IMG/VR virus record: IMGVR_UViG_2579778784_000004
Direction: 5' to 3' (one strand)
DNA: 19,299 bases
Source of the DNA: a virus
Taxonomy: Duplodnaviria > Heunggongvirae > Uroviricota > Caudoviricetes
Part shown: piece by piece, positions 1 to 7,225 of the stretch
Layout of the letters: each line of letters opens with the position of its first letter
Position numbering within the stretch: the first letter of the stretch is position 1
Program-made: the position numbers and the translations under genes
The notes under the pieces: model-generated
Databases searched by the model: none
Told to the model about the DNA's origin: nothing
The model's input: only the letters and a program-made list of their open reading frames with translations

Positions 1-537
1 CTGGGTATAACGGCAAAACAAATTGCCGAAGCCACAGGTAAGAAAAATATGGTTTCCCACTGGTTTGGTGCCAGTCAGTGGCAGTTGCCGAATGAGGCTG
101 ACTATCGGAAGTTACAGGCACTGTTTTCCCGTATAGCGGCAGAGAAGTTTCAGGAACAACAACTGGAACAACCACACCACCAGCTGGTGGCATCTTATGA
201 TTCACTGAATCGCAAATATTCTGAATTGCTGGATGAGTTTAAATCTCTCCGGCGCTATTTCTCCGTATCAGTCTCCGTGCCTTATACCGATGTCTGGACG
301 CATAAGCCCGTTCAGTTCTACCCGGGTAAACATCCGTGCGAGAAACCGGCGGATATGCTCCGGCAAATAATCAATGCCAGTAGTCGACCTGGTGATCTGG
401 TTGCTGATTTCTTTATGGGATCCGGTTCCACAATAAAAGCAGCAATGGCGCTGGGGCGTCGGGCGTTAGGTGTTGAACTTGAGTCAGAGCGGTTTAATCA
501 GACGGTGAAAGAGGTAAGTGAACTGGTGGGGAAATAA
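1..537 (+). CDS. DNA methyltransferase (N6-adenine/N4-cytosine class), C-terminal part; 5-prime end lies outside the window
   Basis: The frame is open from nt 1 (LGITAKQIAEATGKK... precedes the first Met at 49). C-terminal region HPCEKPADMLRQIINASSRPGDLVADFFMGSGST matches the HPTQKP...DPFxGSG SAM-binding end of beta-class amino-methyltransferases. Stop at 535-537. Confidence 0.75.
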   Translation: MGITAKQIAEATGKKNMVSHWFGASQWQLPNEADYRKLQALFSRIAAEKFQEQQLEQPHHQLVASYDSLNRKYSELLDEFKSLRRYFSVSVSVPYTDVWTHKPVQFYPGKHPCEKPADMLRQIINASSRPGDLVADFFMGSGSTIKAAMALGRRALGVELESERFNQTVKEVSELVGK

Positions 538-544
538 TTCTGGT

Positions 545-570
545 GGCCACGTTGCGTGGCCTTTTTATTT
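545..570 (+). terminator. Rho-independent terminator between the methylase gene and the holin (possible tR-prime analogue)
   Basis: Perfect 7-bp stem GGCCACG/CGTGGCC (545-551 / 555-561) with 3-nt loop, followed by TTTTTATTT. Confidence 0.7.
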
Positions 571-613
571 CCAACACAGCACCCGCAAATATCGCGAGGT
601 GAGAGATGACGAA

Positions 614-940
614 ATGCCTCATAACCCAAATACCTGGCTGGACTTGGTCCAGAGCTGGTGGCGTGGAGACACACCGCTGGGTGCAGTGATTATGTCGATC
701 GTTATGGCTGGTTTGCGCATCGCCTATTTTGGCGGTGGTGGTGGCTGGAAGCGAAAAACGCTCGAGATTTTGCTATGTGGCGCTCTGACGCTGACCTTTG
801 CATCCGCTCTTGAGTATGTCGGATGGCCTAAATCACTTTCTGTTGCCATTGGTGGTGGGGTGGGGCTGATCGGTGTCGATGCTATTCGTGGGGCTGCAAT
901 GCGAGTAATCGGTAACAAATTTGGTGGCTCTAAGGAGTAA
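614..940 (+). CDS. Holin, class I (lambda S-like, three predicted TM segments)
   Basis: 108 aa; hydrophobic stretches (LGAVIMSIVMAGLRIAYF, LEILLCGALTLTFASAL, LSVAIGGGVGLIGV) and a charged C-terminal tail; sits immediately upstream of the endolysin. ATG at 614 follows GAGGTGAGAG. The track ORF start at 518 would run through the terminator hairpin, so it is not used. Confidence 0.7.
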   Translation: MPHNPNTWLDLVQSWWRGDTPLGAVIMSIVMAGLRIAYFGGGGGWKRKTLEILLCGALTLTFASALEYVGWPKSLSVAIGGGVGLIGVDAIRGAAMRVIGNKFGGSKE

Positions 941-943
941 TTT

Positions 944-1420
944 ATGCAGGTACTAAATTCCCAGCGTAAAGCTTTCCTTGATATGGTGGCTTGGTCAGAA
1001 GGAACGGATAACGGGCGACAACCGACACGTAATCACGGTTATGATGTTATTGTTGGCGGCGAACTGTTTACTGATTACTCTGATCACCCTCGCAAACTTG
1101 TCACGCTAAACCCCAAACTCAAATCAACAGCCGCCGGACGTTACCAGCTTCTTTCCCGTTGGTGGGATGCTTACCGTAAACAGCTTGGTTTGAAAGACTT
1201 CTCCCCCAAAAGCCAGGACGCAGTGGCATTGCAGCAGATTAAAGAGCGTAGCGCTTTACCTATGATTGATCGCGGTGATATCCGTCAGGCTATCGACCGT
1301 TGCAGCAATATCTGGGCTTCACTGCCGGGTGCTGGTTATGGCCAGTTCGAGCATAAGGCTGACAGCCTGATTGCAAAATTCAAAGAAGCAGGCGGAACGG
1401 TCAGAGAGATTGAGGTATGA
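944..1420 (+). CDS. R: Endolysin, lambda R-type lytic transglycosylase
   Basis: 158 aa; near-identical over most of its length to lambda R as I recall it ([22 protein letters not shown]..., [61 protein letters not shown]). AAGGAG Shine-Dalgarno before ATG 944. Confidence 0.95.
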   Translation: MQVLNSQRKAFLDMVAWSEGTDNGRQPTRNHGYDVIVGGELFTDYSDHPRKLVTLNPKLKSTAAGRYQLLSRWWDAYRKQLGLKDFSPKSQDAVALQQIKERSALPMIDRGDIRQAIDRCSNIWASLPGAGYGQFEHKADSLIAKFKEAGGTVREIEV

Positions 1421-1860
1421 GCAGAGTCACCGCGATTATCTCCGCTCTGGTTATCTGCATCATCGTCTGTCTGTCATGGGCTGTTAATCATTACCGTGGT
1501 AACGCCATTACCTATAAAGAACAGCGCGATAAAGCCACGTACATCATCGCTGACATGCAGAAGCGTCAACGTGATGTAGCAGAACTCGACGCCAGATACA
1601 CAAAGGAGCTTGCTGATGCTAACGCGACTATCGAAAGTCTTCGTGCTGATGTTTCTGCTGGCCGTAAGTGGCTGCGCGTCAAAGCAGTCTGTCCGGACAT
1701 GCATAAAACCACCGCCACCTCCGGCGTGGATGATGGCTCCAGCCCCAGACTTACTGACACCGCTCAACGGGATTATTTCGTTCTCAGAGAGCGCATCGAA
1801 ACCATAACTAAACAATTGAATGGCCTGCAAGAGTATGTGAGATCACAGTGTTCATATTAG
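1417..1860 (+). CDS. Rz: Rz i-spanin (inner-membrane spanin subunit)
   Basis: 147 aa; N-terminal TM segment ([16 protein letters not shown]) followed by a coiled-coil periplasmic domain; ATGA overlap with the R stop; position and length as lambda Rz. Confidence 0.9.
   Translation: MSRVTAIISALVICIIVCLSWAVNHYRGNAITYKEQRDKATYIIADMQKRQRDVAELDARYTKELADANATIESLRADVSAGRKWLRVKAVCPDMHKTTATSGVDDGSSPRLTDTAQRDYFVLRERIETITKQLNGLQEYVRSQCSY
1610..1807 (+). CDS. Rz1: Rz1 o-spanin lipoprotein, embedded in the +1 frame of Rz
   Basis: Lipobox LAVSGC followed by the proline-rich [10 protein letters not shown]...LTPLNGIIS stretch characteristic of lambda Rz1. Lies entirely inside Rz. Start uncertain (1610, 1616 or 1649). 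Confidence 0.8.
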   Translation: MLMLTRLSKVFVLMFLLAVSGCASKQSVRTCIKPPPPPAWMMAPAPDLLTPLNGIISFSESASKP

Positions 1861-1898
1861 AAAAGTCTTATCATAAGATTTTTGTATATGGATGCATT

Positions 1899-2273
1899 AT
1901 GTCTCAATACGCTCACGCTGCTTTAATCGCTTATCATTTGGTTGCTGATAGCTCAATGCCTCCTCGTGATGCATGGGATGCAGCTGTCGCTGAGGTTACA
2001 GAAAGCGAATCGTCAAGAAAGAAGGTATGCCCAAGGGCAACATTTCTCGCCCTGGCGGATAGCGGTTACCTCAAGAATGTAAAACCACAGCATGGAGAGA
2101 AAAAGGGCGGTAAGTTGTACCAAAGGGCAATTGAAGTTGCGAATCTGATTCTTGATTTGCCCGGAATTAGCAAAGCTGAGCTAGTTGATAAAACTTGCTA
2201 TAAAGACAGGCAAGGGTCTTATGACATTGCTCTAACTCTCGCTCAGCACGGATTACTCCAGCGTCCTCAATAA
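1899..2273 (+). CDS. Hypothetical protein; candidate moron (cargo gene) between the lysis cassette and cos
   Basis: ORF of 124 aa from ATG 1899 (the track ORF starts at GTG 1848 inside the Rz 3-prime end). Visibly more AT-rich than the flanking phage genes, followed directly by an intrinsic terminator. No TM segments and no motif I can assign. Confidence 0.5.
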   Translation: MSQYAHAALIAYHLVADSSMPPRDAWDAAVAEVTESESSRKKVCPRATFLALADSGYLKNVKPQHGEKKGGKLYQRAIEVANLILDLPGISKAELVDKTCYKDRQGSYDIALTLAQHGLLQRPQ

Positions 2274-2291
2274 TATATTAAGTGATTTATG

Positions 2292-2315
2292 GCCTCGCTT
2301 TTAGCGGGGCTTTTT
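2292..2315 (+). terminator. Rho-independent terminator downstream of the moron ORF
   Basis: Stem GCCTCGC/GCGGGGC (one G-U wobble) with loop TTTTA, followed by TTTTT. Confidence 0.65.
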
Positions 2316-2720
2316 CATATCTGAATCTCACCATGCATATCATCACCTGACTGGAACGTCAGGAGAATTCGTTACCGGGATTCGATAAAGGTATTCAAGC
2401 CTGACACATTATGCGCTGTATCGTCGCCGTATTCCCGCATTAACCATGACCGTAGCCCTACGGGGAACTCCTTCTGCGCGAGTGTGCGGGAATAATCAAA
2501 AACGATACACACCGGGTTTTTACCGCGTTTATGATTCGCGGGTTTGTCCCTCATGCTCGCCAGTCCTGTGCGGGGGTGGAAGAAACAGGACACTTACACT
2601 GATTCTTGTGAGCATGATGCTATGCCTTTCTGGATTATCCCGATGCCATTCATGCAGGGTGCTGTATCAGACGCTCGTCAGAGCTGTCAGGCTGACGGGT
2701 CCTCCCGGTGGGGTGGCCTG

Positions 2721-2742
2721 CCACGGGGCGGGAGCGTCGCGG
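2721..2742. other. Candidate cos site (cosN-like; putative 12-nt cohesive-end segment GGGCGGGAGCGT at 2726-2737)
   Basis: ccACGGGGCGGGAGCGTCGCGG resembles the lambda cos junction ACG|GGGCGGCGACCT|CGCGG as I recall it, and is followed by a TGAAATTT motif. It lies about 190 nt upstream of the small terminase start, the same spacing as cosN to Nu1 in lambda. Confidence 0.55.
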
Positions 2743-2911
2743 AAAAAGGCTAGTTTTTGAAATTTCATTCGTCATCACCACTACTGTAATAGATTGATAT
2801 TACAGTGGTTTTATTTTTATGGTGTCGATTTTGATTGTTTTTTGTTCATCACTAACACCGTTTGCCTAAAGTTGTTCGCAAGATGCATGTTTAAAACATT
2901 CTGGAGCGGGT

Positions 2912-3406
2912 ATGGATCGAGAGTTGAAAAATCTGACGCTGAATATCAGTCAACTGGCGGCACTGTCAGGTGTACATCGCCAGACTGCTGCGGCAAGGCT
3001 GCAAAATCTACCCGTTGCAGGGGGGCATGAAAGCAACCTCAAGCTTTATCGGGTGGTTGATATTGTGTCGGCATTTCTGGCATTACCACCGCCGGTTGCA
3101 GAAGGCGAAATGGACGCGCATGAGCGCAAAGCCTGGTATCAGTCTGAACGTGAGCGTCTTAAGTTCGAACAGGAAACGGCACAACTCATTCCGGCCAGTG
3201 ATGTCAGACGGGAGTTTGCCATCTGGGCAAAAGCGGTCGTGCAGGTGCTGGAGACATTACCGGATATTCTTGAACGTGACTGCGGTCTGCAGCCTGCCGC
3301 TGTGAGCCGTGTTCAGTTCATTATTGATGATCTGCGCGATCAGATAGCCCTGCGGGTGACTGAAGCAGGTGCGGATGATGAGGAGGAATTACAGCAGGAG
3401 GAGTAA
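2912..3406 (+). CDS. Terminase small subunit (Nu1-like, N-terminal HTH)
   Basis: 164 aa; N-terminal HTH-like segment (LTLNISQLAALSGVHRQTAAARLQ) and an acidic C-terminus, like lambda Nu1. Directly upstream of, and TAATG-coupled to, the large terminase gene. Confidence 0.8.
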   Translation: MDRELKNLTLNISQLAALSGVHRQTAAARLQNLPVAGGHESNLKLYRVVDIVSAFLALPPPVAEGEMDAHERKAWYQSERERLKFEQETAQLIPASDVRREFAIWAKAVVQVLETLPDILERDCGLQPAAVSRVQFIIDDLRDQIALRVTEAGADDEEELQQEE

Positions 3407-5508
3407 TGCTGAATCAGGAAACCGCAAAGGCAGCACGAACCGATTCAGGTTATATCCTTCGAGCACCGAGACGAATGCGGGTTGCTGATGCCGTTGCTCA
3501 GTATATGCGGGTGCCCATGGGGGCAGGGAACTCAGTCCCGTGGGATCCGCTGGTGGCACCGTATGTTATTGAGCCGATGAACTGCCTGGCCTCGCGTGAA
3601 TACGACGCAGTGATATTTGTTGGCCCGGCACGAACCGGCAAGACTATCGGCCTGATTGACGGCTGGGTGATTTACAACGTGATTTGCGACCCTGCGGATA
3701 TGCTGATCATTCAGATGACGGAGGAAAAAGCCCGCGAACACTCCAAAAAACGACTCGCCAGAACGTTTCGCGTCAGCCCGGAAGTGGTCAGTCGCCTGAG
3801 TCCGAACAAAAATGACAACAACGTTTATGACAGAACATTCCTTGCTGGCAACTACCTGAAAATCGGCTGGCCGTCAGTCAATATCATGTCCTCATCAGAT
3901 TATAAATGCGTCGCGCTGACGGATTATGACCGTTTTCCGGAAGATATTGATGGCGAGGGGGATGCCTTCTCTCTTGCCTCAAAACGTACCACCACATTTA
4001 TGTCCAGCGGTATGACGCTGGTGGAGAGTTCCCCCGGCAGGGATGTGAAGGATGTGAAATGGCGACGGACTTCACCGCATGAGGCTCCACCAACCACGGG
4101 GATCCTGTCGCTCTATAACCGTGGTGATCGCCGTCGCTGGTACTGGCCCTGTCCACACTGTGGTGAGTATTTTCAGCCCTGCGGCGATGTGGTTGCTGGT
4201 TTCCGTGATATTGCCGATCCCGTGCTGGCAAGTGAGGCGGCTTATATTCAGTGTCCTTCCTGTTCAGGACGGATTATGCCTGAACAAAAACGTGAGCTGA
4301 ACGGACGTGGGGTCTGGTTGCGGGATGGTGAATCCATCAATGCGGATGGCAGTCGTTATGGTGATCCCCGACGCTCACGTATTGCGTCATTCTGGATGGA
4401 GGGTCCGGCAGCTGCTTACCAGACACTCTCGCAACTCGTTTACAAACTGCTTACTGCAGAACAGGAATACGAGACAACCGGAAGTGAAGAAACACTCAAG
4501 ACGGTTATCAATACCGACTGGGGATTACCTTATCTTCCCCGCGCCAGCATGGAGCAACGAAAAAGTGAACTGCTTGAGCAGCGGGCAGAGCCAGTTCCTT
4601 CCCGCAGTGTGCCGGATGGCGTTAATTTCCTTGTGGCGACAGTGGATGTGCAGGCGGGACGTCATCGCCGTTTTGTGGTTCAGGTAACGGGCTATGGCAG
4701 CCGTGGCGAACGCTGGATTATTGATCGTTACAACATCACGCAGTCATTGCGCGGTGACAGCGACGGGGAGAGCCAGCGAATTGATCCGGCCAGTTATCCG
4801 GAAGACTGGGATGTCCTGCTGACGGATGTTTTTCATAAAAGCTGGCCGCTGGCCTCCGATCCTTCTCAACAAATGCGACTGATGGCAATGGCGGTGGACT
4901 CCGGCGGTGAAGACGGGGTCACTGATAATGCCTATAAATTCTGGCGTCGTTGCCGTCGTGATGGCCTTGGTAAACGTATTTACCTGTTTAAGGGCGACAG
5001 CATCCGGCGCGCAAAACTGATCACCCGTACATTCCCTGATAACACCGGACGAACGGGCCGACGGGCGCAGGCCGCAGGTGATGTGCCGCTCTGGCTTCTT
5101 CAGACGGATGCCCTGAAAGACCGGGTGAATAACGCGTTATGGCGTGACTCGCCAGGTCCCGGCTATGTGCATTTCCCTGACTGGCTGGGGAGCTGGTTTT
5201 ACGACGAACTGACGTATGAAGAGCGGAGCAGTGACGGGAAATGGAGTAAGCCGGGGCGCGGTGCCAACGAAGCTTTTGACCTGATGGTGTATGCCGAGGC
5301 TCTGGTCATTCTGCATGGATACGAAAAGATCCGCTGGCCGGATGCACCGGAGTGGGCGAGCCGGGAAACCTGGCTGGAGTGTGTCCCGGACAGTACCGAA
5401 CCGTCACCCACACCGGAACCTGTATCCACGCCTGTTAAAAAACAAAAACGGAAGAAAACAGTAACTGACGATGTTAACCCCTGGCTGACTTCCGGAGGAT
5501 GGTTATGA
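3406..5508 (+). CDS. Terminase large subunit (GpA family)
   Basis: 700 aa; Walker A-like VGPARTGKT; CPHCGEYF zinc-binding/nuclease-region motif comparable to lambda gpA ACPHCGEE; AGGAGGAG Shine-Dalgarno. Confidence 0.93.
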   Translation: MLNQETAKAARTDSGYILRAPRRMRVADAVAQYMRVPMGAGNSVPWDPLVAPYVIEPMNCLASREYDAVIFVGPARTGKTIGLIDGWVIYNVICDPADMLIIQMTEEKAREHSKKRLARTFRVSPEVVSRLSPNKNDNNVYDRTFLAGNYLKIGWPSVNIMSSSDYKCVALTDYDRFPEDIDGEGDAFSLASKRTTTFMSSGMTLVESSPGRDVKDVKWRRTSPHEAPPTTGILSLYNRGDRRRWYWPCPHCGEYFQPCGDVVAGFRDIADPVLASEAAYIQCPSCSGRIMPEQKRELNGRGVWLRDGESINADGSRYGDPRRSRIASFWMEGPAAAYQTLSQLVYKLLTAEQEYETTGSEETLKTVINTDWGLPYLPRASMEQRKSELLEQRAEPVPSRSVPDGVNFLVATVDVQAGRHRRFVVQVTGYGSRGERWIIDRYNITQSLRGDSDGESQRIDPASYPEDWDVLLTDVFHKSWPLASDPSQQMRLMAMAVDSGGEDGVTDNAYKFWRRCRRDGLGKRIYLFKGDSIRRAKLITRTFPDNTGRTGRRAQAAGDVPLWLLQTDALKDRVNNALWRDSPGPGYVHFPDWLGSWFYDELTYEERSSDGKWSKPGRGANEAFDLMVYAEALVILHGYEKIRWPDAPEWASRETWLECVPDSTEPSPTPEPVSTPVKKQKRKKTVTDDVNPWLTSGGWL

Positions 5509-5717
5509 ACCAGAATGATATCGAAGCCATGATTCAGCGTTATACGGAAGCTGAAATGGCGGTGCTGGACGGAAAATCCGTCACCTTTAATGGTCAGCAG
5601 ATGACCATGGAAAACTTATCTGAGATCCGGCAGGGACGGCAGGAGTGGGAGCGCCGCCTTGCGGCTCTGATTACACGACGACGGGGGCATCCCGGGTACC
5701 GGCTGGCGAGGTTCTGA
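5505..5717 (+). CDS. Head-tail joining (head completion) protein, gpW-like
   Basis: 70 aa; C-terminal RRRGHPGY resembles lambda gpW C-terminus RRRGPAGF; ATGA overlap with the terminase stop; GGAGG 6 nt upstream of ATG 5505 (the track ORF starts two codons earlier at 5499). Confidence 0.75.
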   Translation: MNQNDIEAMIQRYTEAEMAVLDGKSVTFNGQQMTMENLSEIRQGRQEWERRLAALITRRRGHPGYRLARF

Positions 5718-7225
5718 TGGCAATTCTTGATGATGTGATTGGCGTTTTTTCACCAGGATGGAAAGCGGCAAGGCTGCGTTCCCGTGCGGTGATCCAGGCT
5801 TATGAGGCCGTAAAAACGACGCGGACACACAAAGCCCGGCGGGAGAACCGAACTGCCGACCAGTTAAGCCAGTACGGGGCCGTGTCGTTACGTGAGCAGG
5901 CCCGTTACCTTGATAACAACCACGATCTGGTTATTGGTGTATTTGACAAGCTGGAAGAACGGGTGGTGGGGAAAAACGGGATTATTGTCGAGCCACATCC
6001 GGTATTACGCAATGGGGCCATTGCCCGTGATCTGGCAGCGGAGATACGCACCCGATGGAGTGAATGGTCTGTCAGTCCGGAAGTCACCGGGCAGTTTACC
6101 CGTCCGATGCTGGAACGTCTGATGCTGCGTACCTGGCTGCGCGATGGTGAGGTGTTTGCCCAGATGGTTTCCGGGCGCATAAACAGCCTGACGCCTTCTG
6201 CCGGTGTTCATTTCTGGCTGGAGGCGCTCGAGCCGGACTTTATTCCCATGACCAGTGATGAGAGCAACAGGCTGAATCAGGGCGTGTTTGTTGATGACTG
6301 GGGGCGTCCCGAAAAATATCTGGTGTATAAAAGCCGTCCCGTATCCGGGCGGCAGATGGAAACCAAAGAAGTGGATGCAGAGCGAATGCTGCATCTTAAA
6401 TTTGTTCGCCGTCTGCACCAGATGCGCGGGACGTCTTTGTTGTCCGGTGTGCTGATCCGCCTCAGTGCCCTGAAAGAGTATGAAGATTCTGAGCTGACTG
6501 CAGCAAGGATCGCCGCTGCTCTGGGGATGTACATCCGCAAAGGCGACGGGCAGAGCTATGAACCGGATGGTAATGGCAGCAAGGATAAGGAACGCGAGCT
6601 TACCATTCAGCCAGGCATTATTTACGACGATCTGAAACCCGGCGAAGAAATCGGAATGGTGAAGTCGGATCGTCCCAATCCTAACCTTGAAACTTTTCGT
6701 AATGGTCAGTTGCGTGCCGTGGCGGCGGGCAGTCGTCTGAGTTTTTCCAGTACGGCACGCAACTATAACGGTACTTACAGCGCCCAGCGTCAGGAACTGG
6801 TTGAGTCTACTGATGGCTACCTGATCCTGCAGGACTGGTTTATTGGTGCCGTCACCCGCCCGATGTATCGTGCCTGGCTGAAACAGGCTGTGGCATCCGG
6901 TGTTATCAGGCTACCCCGCGATCTTGACCGTTCTTCACTGTATACCGCGGTGTATTCCGGACCGGTGATGCCGTGGATTGACCCTGTTAAGGAGGCTGAG
7001 GCCTGGAAAATCCAGATTCGTGGTGGAGCGGCGACAGAATCAGACTGGGTACGTGCAGGTGGTCGTAATCCGGATGATGTCAAACGTCGGCGCAAGGCCG
7101 AAATTGATGAAAACCGCAAGCTGGATCTGGTATTTGATACCGATCCAGCCAGTGATAAAGGAGGCAGCAGTGCCGCAACGAAACGACAGGAGCCGCAGCA
7201 TACCGACGACCAGTCCGAAGAATAA
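5717..7225 (+). CDS. Portal protein (lambda gpB family)
   Basis: 502 aa from ATG 5717 (TGATG overlap with the gpW-like stop); large acidic protein in the portal position between gpW and the protease/capsid gene. Confidence 0.85.
   Translation: MAILDDVIGVFSPGWKAARLRSRAVIQAYEAVKTTRTHKARRENRTADQLSQYGAVSLREQARYLDNNHDLVIGVFDKLEERVVGKNGIIVEPHPVLRNGAIARDLAAEIRTRWSEWSVSPEVTGQFTRPMLERLMLRTWLRDGEVFAQMVSGRINSLTPSAGVHFWLEALEPDFIPMTSDESNRLNQGVFVDDWGRPEKYLVYKSRPVSGRQMETKEVDAERMLHLKFVRRLHQMRGTSLLSGVLIRLSALKEYEDSELTAARIAAALGMYIRKGDGQSYEPDGNGSKDKERELTIQPGIIYDDLKPGEEIGMVKSDRPNPNLETFRNGQLRAVAAGSRLSFSSTARNYNGTYSAQRQELVESTDGYLILQDWFIGAVTRPMYRAWLKQAVASGVIRLPRDLDRSSLYTAVYSGPVMPWIDPVKEAEAWKIQIRGGAATESDWVRAGGRNPDDVKRRRKAEIDENRKLDLVFDTDPASDKGGSSAATKRQEPQHTDDQSEE

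Noticed and set aside
518-613. Upstream extension of the holin ORF to the ATG at 518
   Set aside because: It would start inside the methylase 3-prime end and be translated through the terminator hairpin; ATG 614 with its GAGG-rich Shine-Dalgarno is the more plausible start.
2372-2593. 73-aa minus-strand ORF in the region upstream of cos
   Set aside because: No Shine-Dalgarno upstream of its start, no recognisable motif, and it overlaps an equally unconvincing plus-strand ORF; it does not resemble lambda bor. Kept only as a low-interest note in the findings.
2446-2760. 104-aa plus-strand ORF, Cys/Arg-rich, running into the cos candidate
   Set aside because: The composition looks like a frame artefact of GC-rich DNA and it would run through the putative cosN; most likely non-coding.
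2794-3305. Plus-strand ORFs 2794-3030 and 2970-3305 overlapping the small terminase gene in other frames
   Set aside because: Alternative-frame ORFs without ribosome-binding sites; the 2912-3406 frame carries the Nu1-like HTH and is TAATG-coupled to the large terminase.
6978-7169. Track start (6978) of the protease/capsid ORF deep inside the portal gene
   Set aside because: It would overlap about 250 nt of portal coding sequence; GTG 7170 with its AAGGAGG Shine-Dalgarno (or ATG 7239) is the more plausible start.
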